A stretch of 64,000 nucleotides of DNA. Origin: Octopus vulgaris. Lineage: Eukaryota. Position numbers and translations under genes: made by a program. The notes under the pieces are model-generated. The model worked only from the letters and a program-made list of their open reading frames with translations, was not told where the DNA came from and made no database searches. Each line of letters opens with the position of its first letter. The first letter of the stretch is position 1. Shown here in pieces: positions 53,684-64,000 of this stretch. The DNA lies in assembly GCA_951406725.2 (NCBI GenBank), contig OX597832.1:13082001-13146000 (forward strand), written 5' to 3'.

Positions 53684-53989
53684 TTGTTGTTTGTTCCTTC
53701 TCGAGCCACGCCTGACTCATAGGGCCGGTTTCCAGGTTTCCTTGACGTATAGGTTCCCCACCTAGACGGGACGCCGATCCGTTGCAGGTGAGCCTCAAGA
53801 TGCAGGAGAAAAGTGTGAGAGAAAGTTGTGGCGAAAAAGTCAGCAGAAGTTCGCCATTACCTTCTGATTGAGCCGCGTGGAGCTTAGGTGTTTCGCTCAT
53901 AAACACACACATCGCCCGGTCTGAGAATCGAACCCGCGGTCCCTCGACCCAGAGTCCGCTGCTCTAACCACGAGGCCATGCGCCTCCAC
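53684..53989 (-). mobile_element. SINE family A, tail type iii
   Basis: Homologous to 20767-21070; imperfect TSD ending atagg.cact. Confidence 0.88.
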
Positions 53990-54794
53990 AAATTCATAGG
54001 ACACTACATTGACATGAATCGGGTTGTGGACGAAAGGCTCCGTCTGAAAAGCGAGTATAATACTTCTTTCTTCACATTTGCTCTTTATGTATTTCTGTAT
54101 TACATTAAGCTATGGTGACAACTTTATTACCTCTCCGACGGCAATTATTTAGATCCAGAAGCAGGGCTATATCTTAATGCATTCAATACCTACCACACAT
54201 TCTAATTAACCATTAAACTACGATAAACACACTATCTAAAAATACCTTATATCAAATTATCTGCTAAACTTAGACTTAGGAAATATATGTTGTATGAATA
54301 AGAAGACTTCAAGAGATCCTCATATTTCAAATGATGATCATTTGAAAGGATCTGCTATATAAATAACTGTAATCACATGTCGGTTTATATAAAGGCAAAA
54401 TCGTATTTCGTGAAGAATAGCATCGATTATATGCTTACCACATTTCAATTGCTGGTAGGGGTGTGTGAGTGCGAATTTCTCTTGGTCTAAATATTGCAGG
54501 TTATTTTTGATACATTAACACAATTTACCACAATTAAATGTCTCTGGAAAACATTTCTACGCACACACGAACGCAAACTCATGCTTATATCCCTACACAC
54601 ACACACACGCGCAGATTTAACATCAGCACATTACAAATAAATTCCGATCGTCAGATAAAGTGATTACCCCCTCTTCAATCCATTAATGTCAATATAATAA
54701 TAGCTTTTCAATAAAGAGACTACACTGCCGTTTCTAAAGAATTATCTCTTGCTTGAAATTATTTACTGTAGCAAAAATAATCATAATTATATAT

Positions 54795-55022
54795 TTCTTT
54801 ACTACCCACAAGGGGCTAAACACAGAGGGAACAAACAAGGACAGCCAAAGGGATTAAGTCGATTAAATAGACCCCAGTGTGTAACTGGTACTTAATTTAT
54901 CGACCCCTAAAGGATGAAAGGCAAAGTCAACCTCGGCGGAATTTGAACTCGGAACGTAACGACAGACAAAATACGGCTACGCATTTCACCCGGTATGCTA
55001 ACGTTTTTGCCAGCTCGCCGCC
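54795..55022 (-). mobile_element. SINE family B, full length
   Basis: 14-bp TSD tcataattatatat at 54781-54794 and 55023-55036. Confidence 0.92.
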
Positions 55023-55779
55023 TCATAATTATATATACACAAGTACAACGTTTTTCTACGCATTTTCCATCTACGAAAATTTTATCTCACAAAGTGACGA
55101 AATACGCGTAGGGGAGACACCCAATTTTGTTTCCGGAGGATATTCAAAGCGTTTTGTTTGCCTCTATAAAATATCTAGAGCGTGTACTTGTACCGTATGC
55201 ACCCTTTCGTTCCGATCCTATGGTCTCAAAGCATTGCTGGATCCGAGGATATGATATTTACCAAACAGTTATACTGAATTATAAAAGAATGGGGTTGCTA
55301 AACAGACACATTAACCACAGTCACATGAAGTAGAAAACTTGCTAAGATAGGACCTAACAATTTAATCACCGTCTTTAAACTTGATATCTTATGAGTTGCT
55401 GGTAGAAGAGTGAAAAATCAAAGAAATAAGAAACACCTATACAGAATGGTATTATGGAATATCTTTCGGTGCTGTACTTGAGTTAGAAAGTTCGTTGATG
55501 TGCAAGATTAATCACACTCATACTATTCCCCTCTCGGTATTGATTTTCCAAACTGTAAGAAAAGAGCAAGTATTGATAATGATTTGACTCAGTTCATTAT
55601 TAACGAGAACGCTAATCTCTTTTTTATATTTTAATCACACTTGCTGTTATGTAATCTCAAATCAGTCCTGAAGGAGTAAGACTTATGATCAAAATCGTTC
55701 CAGCTATAACAATTTAACTCTGGTCTAAAAATAAAAATAAAATAAAGTAAAATAAAATAAAATAGCAGTGTTGATAATC

Positions 55780-56330
55780 TTTTCTACTCTAAGCCCAAGG
55801 ACCAAAATGTTTTGGGATGGGGCTAGTCGATTAAATCGACCCCAAGTGCGAAACTGGTACTTAATTTATCAACCCCGAAAGGATGGAAGGCAAAATTGAC
55901 CTCGGCAGAATTTGAACTCAGAGTGTAAAGATAGAAGAAATTCCGCTAAGCGTTTCGCCTGGCTTGCTAACGATTCTTATTTCTTTATTGCCCACAGGGG
56001 CTAAATATAGAGGGGTCAAACAAGGACAGACAAAGGTATTAAGTCGCTTACATTGACCCCAGTGCGTAACTGGTACTTAATTTATCAATCCCGAAAAATG
56101 AAAGGCAAAGTCGACCTCGGCGGAATTTGAACTCAGAACGTAACGGCAGACGAAATAGCTATTTCTTTACCAACCACAAGGGGCTAAACACATAGATGAC
56201 AAACAATGACAGACAAACGGATTAAGTAGATTATAGACCCCAGTAGATTAAGTAGATTATAGACCCCAGTGCGTAACTGATATTTATTTAAACGACCCCA
56301 GCGTGCTAACGTTTCTGCCGGCTCGCCGCC
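55780..56330 (-). mobile_element. Cluster of three nested or tandem SINE family B units
   Basis: Tail tatttcttta.. and body blocks repeated; short internal tandem duplication near 56220-56270. Confidence 0.85.
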
Positions 56331-56814
56331 TAAGCAGGGGCGATAATCATCGTAGTTGTAATCTCATATAAAATCGTCAGTTTTATAATGTTTTCTAACG
56401 TTGATGACTACGCAGTTATTATAATAAACAATATCATAGTGAAATATGCAATATTTTAGTCACAGTTATTATTTCTAATTTCATGGTCAAAAAGCCGAAT
56501 GACATCCCGTTTGATAATAGCAGTGTCACAGAGACTGGCTGGTGGGGCTCGATGAAGAAAATTATACTCAAACGGGAGAGCTAGTTCTAATGTTTTCAGC
56601 TGTTAGGACTTTCCTGAAGACACCGAATGATCTAGGCATGGAGATTGCATTAGGTTCATGACACGCGTTACAGTAATGATTCTTACGAGAAGCTTCAACA
56701 CAGTTTCCTCCAAGAGTAATAAGTTAACCATTTATTATAAACAGAGAGACTCATACATGCACACACACAAGCGCGCGCACACAAATACACATATATATTG
56801 CACTACAGTTCTAT

Positions 56815-57227
56815 ACTCTCTTTCTCTCTTTTACTTCTTTCAGTCATTTGACTCTAGCCATGCTGGAGCACCGCATTTGGTCGAGCTAATCGACCCCAGG
56901 ACTTATTCTTTGTAAGCTTAGTACTTATTCTATCGATCTCTTTTGCCGAACCGATAAGTCACGGGGATGTAAACACACCAGCATCGGTTGTCAAGCGATG
57001 GTGGGGTGGGGGTGGGGGGCGACAAACATAGACACACAAACACATACGTATAAAGATACATGTATACGACGGGCTTCTTTCGGTTTTCGTCTATCAAACT
57101 CACAAGGCTTTGGTCTACCTGAGGCTATAGTAGAAGACACATGCCCAAGGTGTCACGCAGTGGGACTGAACCCGGAACCATGTGGCTCGTAAGCAAGCTA
57201 CTTACTACACAGCCACTCCTACGCCTA
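56815..57227 (-). mobile_element. SINE family D, full length
   Basis: Homologous to 32195-32610. Confidence 0.9.
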
Positions 57228-57556
57228 TGTTGATTTATATCTCACATTTCAAGCGAATATCTACGAAACATGAAGGCATTAATAAAACTTATGATATGCA
57301 AATAATACATGGAAAAAAACACACACACACACAGACACACAAACATACATACATACACACAATACACCCACATAGAATAAAACTAAAATATTCGCTAAAT
57401 AAATTGTAAAGAATTATTTGAAAGCTTCAATTTGTATTTATGAAATATGTTATATGAAATAAGTCGCAAATAGCAACAAAAATCATATTTTGGGTGAAAT
57501 CTTTCAAAAGATCCAAATGCAATATGCTAGTTTGAAACATTTTATTATTTTTATTG

Positions 57557-57630
<74 letters not shown>

Positions 57631-57865
57631 GACTTAATATTAACATTTTTTTCAATGTAAAAGCCAGCATTTATCTATACACTTTTTGAAACAAATCAAG
57701 ATTGACATTACTCAGAATGGAAATTATCGCATTTGGTAGGCTTTCGTCTAAGGAATTTCGTCGGATATAGAAACTTTTAATTTAGATTATAGCTTTTACG
57801 TAACAACTTAACTTTGGACAGGTTCTTTAACATTTCCATCAAACCAAGGAACAAATCGTTTTAAG

Positions 57866-57895
57866 CATACATACATACATACATACATACATACA

Positions 57896-57928
<33 letters not shown>

Positions 57929-57992
57929 GCATATATATATATATATTCATATTTATATAAATATATTTTTTTATACATATATACAGGCATAT

Positions 57993-58054
<62 letters not shown>

Positions 58055-58203
58055 TATATACATATATATTATATATGTATGCATATATATACATACACTT
58101 ATATACATGTATATATATACATCTATACATATATGTATGTGTATATATATATATACATATATACATATATGTGTATATATATATATATAGACAAAGTAAG
58201 AAG

Positions 58204-58268
<65 letters not shown>
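57866..58268. repeat. (TACA)n, (TA)n and (GA)n microsatellite cluster
   Basis: Directly visible. Confidence 0.95.
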
Positions 58269-58271
<3 letters not shown>

Positions 58272-59013
58272 ATATAAGTATTGTGCTTCGTGTTATGCCA
58301 CAGAAAAAGAAGCCCAATTCTCAGAAGTAAAACTACCATATATAATTCGTTTACGTAATTGACAGTGGTTAATATTTTCGACAAACGTTAAGAGGATGAA
58401 GGCTGATAAATGAGATTTAGAGACAATCTTCAAGAATAAATGTTGAAGCTTCAAATGGAGTTCTCAATTACTTATACACCGAAAACTCAGTGTATCCGCC
58501 CATGCAGAAAACCTCGAAATACGTTTTATATATTTGAAAACACAATGGAAGGTATGTGTTGTTTTTAGCCTAGTCAGTGGTACAAGGAATGAAAGACAGA
58601 CAGGATGTATGGTCAAGTGGCTTGGTGTTTAAATTTCAGAGCCAGGCGGTGTCCAGTGTTCTAGAGCAAAACTCTTCATCTCAAGTACCTCTGTGATCAC
58701 TTCGACATCGTTCACTTAATCAGACAACATCGATCTGATGGAAATAAGGAGCCAATCTAGAGCAGATAATTATGATCGCTATAAACATAAAATTGTGCAG
58801 TTCGCTCGGCAAGAAATTGCAGAACTGTCTTTCTCGGACTACTTAAGTCTACCATCATATATGTATTTGTAAACATGCATGTATGCATGTATGTGTGTAT
58901 GTGTGTATGTATTTATGTATGTATGTATGTATGTATGTAAGTATGTATGTATGTATATATGTATTCATGTATGTATGCATGCATTCATTGTATGTATAAT
59001 ATATATATATATA

Positions 59014-59085
<72 letters not shown>

Positions 59086-59158
59086 TATAAATGTATGTAT
59101 ATATTCATGTATTCATGTATGTATGTGTGTATGTATGCATGCATTCATTGTATGTATA

Positions 59159-59222
<64 letters not shown>

Positions 59223-59242
59223 ATGTATGTATGCATGTATGT

Positions 59243-59507
59243 ATATATCAAAGTATCATTAGAAACAGAAATCCCCATAAAATTCAACAAATCAGATCTG
59301 AAGATTGGGGTTGTATATAAGGGGGGTTCTGTAAGAGACTGCGTGTCTCCGGAACATAGTATACAACCTCATGAAACAAGTGTAGTCGACCACTTTGAAC
59401 ATGAATAGTAAGTATTAAATATAATATTCTATGACATGGTTGAATTTATATTCTGATTTGTTGAATTTTATGGGGATTTCTGTCTACTAATGATACTTTG
59501 ATATATA
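59243..59507. mobile_element. MITE-like element with inverted ends of about 53 bp in TA context
   Basis: atatatcaaagtatcattag..aaatccccataaaattcaacaaatcaga mirrored at about 59453-59507. Confidence 0.8.
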
Positions 59508-59899
59508 TGTATTTATTTATTGTGAATAATTCAACTTAATATTCTTAACTTGAATATCTCATCCCTGTGACGCCGGAATTAATATTCCCTTATTATCATA
59601 AAAACACACATATATATATGTGCAGGAAAAGAAAATGGAGGAAAAATAACAATAAGAAGTGCCTTTGGATATATACATACACAATCATGCGCACACACGC
59701 GCGTAGATATGAGACAAATTCCTAACACATTTTAGTAAGCAACAAGTTGTTTTTTTAGAATTTAGAGCAGCTAACTTCAATTTGGTCATCATTTCACCAA
59801 GCGCATATTGTAAATTACAACCCGCATGATAAAACAGTACGTGTATACGAATGGATGACTTGTAACGTATGGGAGTCTGTTAAGAACTAAATTCAAAAT

Positions 59900-59978
<79 letters not shown>

Positions 59979-60351
59979 ATACGCATATTTAAAAGAAAAG
60001 CATAAGTATAAGCTTATTGAAGTATATATATATATATATATATATACATGTACCTAAGGATAAGCATATTAAAAAGGTGTCCGTGGAAGAACTCATTTAC
60101 ATAAAAGTATTGAGAACCACTGCTTTGCACTGACGCCATCTAGAACTGTGTATGATTATTGATTTTACAACAAACATAGGAATGCCTGTACATTATTTAC
60201 ATTATTTACATTTTTTACATTCGACGGATATTTGTCCTCATCTTCTTCAGGTGTCTTGGGGGAATTTTCGAACCTGGGTTCTCATTCCTAAGTTATTTTG
60301 TTGTTGTTGTTGTTGTTGTTATTGTTATTGTTATTGTTATTGTTATTGTTA

Positions 60352-60427
<76 letters not shown>

Positions 60428-60648
60428 CATTATTAATATTATTATTATTATAGGAGAGTATTGCAGTCCGCTTGAAGCATTGTGTATTGTTTGTAAAGAA
60501 TAAAAAGTTTTGAATGGTACAACAATGCACTATAATACAGATAATGGGCTATATACCTGTTGTAATTTAGTCATCCACAGTCTGATATGATATTTCGGAA
60601 TAATATTCCTTCAGATATTCTTAGAGGGAGTCGCTGCTAATTGACCAG

Positions 60649-60724
60649 GTCACTGCATGAAATCGGACTAGAGTCATGGAGTTAGTAACCCGCGCTCTTA
60701 ACTTCTACGCCATATGCCCGTGGG
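60649..60724 (-). mobile_element. Degenerate tRNA-derived SINE head
   Basis: gggcatatggcgtagaagttaagagcgcggg..gtccgattt with decayed A/B boxes. Confidence 0.5.
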
Positions 60725-60845
60725 CATATAGAACTATAGCAATGTCTGTCTGGCACGATATACCACAATAAATGCGCCATGCGTTCTAACGTACTAGAAA
60801 GCGTATATATATATACACATACACCCATGCATACATATATATTAT

Positions 60846-60903
<58 letters not shown>

Positions 60904-61597
60904 GTGTATGTATGTACGTATATATACCTTAGTGTATGTGTGTTTTGTGTGTGTGTGTGTGTGTGTAATGGCCAATCGAGTAGTTTTGCTTTGCTATTAT
61001 CCGAATCCGTTCGGCTTCACGCGTTCTTACTCCAAATCAGAACGATGTCAATACTTTTGGGGTCGATAGATATACCACTATTCTTGTACTGGATTCAATT
61101 CTTCTCTTCTTAGAGTTGCTTTCATTTTATATCCTGCTGGAACCAATCGAGTGTTCTCACACCTCAAAGGTTAAGCCAACCCAATTTCTAAAAGTACCCA
61201 TGATACCCAGTACGTCAAAATAGCGTCTTTACAACAATACCAAATAATTAATTGCACATGTTACGGCATGGCATATATATTTGTGATGCTTTGTGTATAA
61301 TTTGTGTATGCGTCCGTTTCCCTTGGTGCGTTATCGATGAATGTATCTGTGAGAAAATCTTTTACGCATATGTTTAAAAGTATCTACGTCTGCAGGAACA
61401 TACGCATAAGTCTGTGTGGTATTTCTCTCGGTATTATATTGTTGGTTAAAGTATTCCATGAGCGCATTAATGCATTCACGCCAACGGGCTACTTATAAAA
61501 TGTTTTTTGAAGTCAATCAGAAACTTCATACACTTTTGTGGTAGAATGTTTTCGCTTAGAAACATCAGTCAATAATGGTATCGTAGTAAATTGAACA

Positions 61598-61816
61598 TTT
61601 CTTCTTCTTCTTCTTCTTCTTCTTCTTCTTCTTCTTCTTCTTCTTCTTCTTCTTCTTCTTCTTCTTCTTCTTCTACTCCCCTCTTCCTCCTCTTCCTGCC
61701 ATTCTTCTCCTCTTTTTTCTTCTACTCCCCTCTTCATCATCCTCCTACAATCCTTCTCTTTTTTCTTCTTCTCCTCCCCCTCTCCTCCTCCTCCTTCTTC
61801 TACGTCTTCATCTTTT

Positions 61817-61848
<32 letters not shown>

Positions 61849-62030
61849 TTCTTCTTCTTCTACTCCCCTCTTCCTCCTCCTGCCATCCTTCTCTTTTTCT
61901 TCTTCTCCTCCTTCTCTCTCTTCTTCTTCTTCTTCTTCTTCTTCTTCTTCTTCTTCTTCTTCTTCTTCTTCTTCTTCTTCTTCTTCTACGTTTTCCTTCG
62001 TCTGACCTCCATTCTTCTTCTTTTTCCGTC
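61598..62030. repeat. (TTC)n/(TCC)n polypyrimidine tract
   Basis: Directly visible; explains the Glu/Arg-rich ORFs. Confidence 0.95.
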
Positions 62031-62669
62031 TCATGAAATTCCATACATTAATTTTAAAATGTTGCCAATGCGTTTCACTTATATTCCTTTTCTTCCTTCT
62101 TTCTTAATCCTTTTTTGTTTGTGTGTGTATCATAACTTTAATGAACCAAATATTTGCCCGTCAATGGTATATTATAATGTCATCTCTGCCGATTTGCAAT
62201 ATCTGAATAAATATTTTGGTGAATCTATCGTAATATTTGTTATTTCATTTGCCTTTAATTTGATCAATAATATCCTGTTTCATAGTAATCCTACATCAAT
62301 GGAATCAAATATCCTAAGTTAGCTTAGTTTCATGAACATTTGATACTAAGTAGTAAACTGCATTTAGAGTTAATGAATGATTAGATGCTAGATATACATT
62401 TTTACGAAAAACGCACTGAGACAGCGCGGCTAAAATATTTGTGTGACGACACGAAAGTCAATCCTGTAGCGTAGCAGACTCGCTAAAGCGTTAATAACCT
62501 ATAATTTTTGATAATTTTTGATATCTTTGGATGTAAAGAAACTGGAGATACGATAGTTTGACCAAAAGAATCGAATATTTGAAGTAAAAATAAATATTGA
62601 AAAAGAAAACGCATTTGGTCAAATTTGGACATAGACAGTTTTACATAACAGCAACGCTATCTACTATAT

Positions 62670-62715
<46 letters not shown>

Positions 62716-62773
62716 CAATAATAATAATAATATTAATAATAATAATAATAATATTAATAATAACAACAACAAC

Positions 62774-62817
<44 letters not shown>

Positions 62818-62826
62818 CATTATTAC

Positions 62827-63774
62827 TTTTTTTTTCTTCTTTCAAATTTTTTTCCATTTCTTGCCGAGTGTCTTCCAGACTCCTAGGGCAAAGAAACTCA
62901 TAGTGTATATTGGTAGGCCATTAAACCAAACTCAGTAGTTCGATCATTTTTTTTTTTTTTTTAAAGTTAAATTAAAATACATGAGCAGCAACAGTTCTCA
63001 CATCGACAATGCTCTTCTCAATACGTGTGATGTACCAGTTAAGACAATCTTTTGCACTTCTTGCAGGGATGGTAAGCCAGGGATCATTCTCATATAATTT
63101 TCGGTTCCCTTCTTGATCATTCCTAGTGCTCCTACGATCACTGGTATTGTAACCGCCTTGAGATGCCACATTTTCTCAATTTCAATGAGTAGGTCTTTAT
63201 ATTTTCTGAGCTTGTCAAACTCTTTCGCTGAGATATTATGATCACAGGGGATGCTCATGTCGATCAATAAGCAAACTTTATTGTTTTGGTCTTTCACAAC
63301 AATATCTGGTTTATTGGCCTTAATGGTTCGGTCTGTATGTACTGGAAAGTCCCACAGAATGGTTACATTTTCTCCTTCAGTTACAGCCTCAGGGTGGTGA
63401 TTATACCACTTGTCGGCAGTTTTGATATTGTAATGCCGACTTATTAGCCAGTGGAGATATTGGCCAACTCTGTCATGTCTTAATTTATACTCCACTGGTG
63501 CTAAGACTTTACATGCGGAGATTAGGTGGTCCACTGTTTCAATCATGTCGTTGCAGAATCGGCATTTTGGGTCTGCTCCATTTTTCATCACATTGGCCTG
63601 GTAGTTCCGGGTTAATAGGCTTTGGTCTTGAGCAGCCAGGATGAAACCTTCGCTCTCTGCTTTTAGCCCTGAGCTCCGCAGCCACTGATGGGTTTGCTTC
63701 TGGTCAACATCAGCTTGTTTACTGCGGGTCACATATTTGCCGTGCAGAGGTTTCTCCTCCCACCTATCAGCCAA

Positions 63775-63777
<3 letters not shown>
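62827..63777 (-). mobile_element. 5'-truncated non-LTR retrotransposon with restriction-like endonuclease (R4/Dong-like), inserted in (TAA)n
   Basis: Uninterrupted ORF C-terminus plus about 170-bp 3' UTR; (TAA)n on both flanks. Confidence 0.9.
62998..63777 (-). CDS. C-terminal part of RLE retrotransposon ORF (CCHC knuckle plus PD-(D/E)xK nuclease), 259 aa
   Basis: CRFC..ETVDHLISAC, RHD, KPDIVV, LIDMSIP, K..KY motifs; RT domain absent; the ATG lies at the truncation junction. Confidence 0.85.
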
Positions 63778-63859
<82 letters not shown>

Positions 63860-63905
63860 GTTGTTGTTTATTATTATTGTTGTTGTTACTATTATTATTA
63901 TTATT

Positions 63906-64000
63906 GTGTCTCTCAAAGAAATGGAGAAACTCTCAAAATACAAAGACCTGGAAATAGAGGTAACTAGAATGTGGAATCTGAAATCAGAAACAATTCCTAT
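63906..64000 (+). mobile_element. Second RLE LINE fragment, opposite orientation, runs off the window
   Basis: VSLKEMEKLSKYKDLEIEVTRMWNLKSETIP aligns with ISAKEFDKLRKYKDLLIEIEKMWHLKAVTIP. Confidence 0.85.

Noticed and set aside
60185-60295. CTGAAGA on the minus strand in a short repeat-like segment
   Set aside because: No stem II or GAAA follows; at most a deleted relic

Overview
AT-rich, microsatellite-saturated eukaryotic DNA. The tRNA-headed SINE families and the repeat landscape look like an octopus (coleoid cephalopod) genome; this is an inference from pattern recognition, not a database result. I find no convincing host protein-coding exon, so the window reads as a large intron or gene desert. 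Nearly all listed ORFs are artefacts of simple repeats or SINEs. Recognisable content: about 30 SINE copies (four head/body types with swapped 3' tails, several with clear target-site duplications); decayed LINEs (APE-type Jockey/CR1-like, CR1-group 3' ends, RTE-like, and a well-preserved 5'-truncated R4/Dong-type restriction-like-endonuclease element in (TAA)n); several Penelope-like (GIY-YIG) remnants; a decayed mariner; a Gypsy protease relic; MITEs/foldbacks; and a Helitron 3' end. The most interesting signals are RNA-level: minimal hammerhead ribozyme motifs tied to Penelope-like repeats, a possible decayed HDV-like ribozyme at an RTE 5' end, a tRNA-like gene nested in inverted and direct repeats, a pre-miRNA-sized hairpin and long dsRNA-forming palindromes. 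SINE family letters A-E are my own labels. Boundaries without a stated TSD are approximate.
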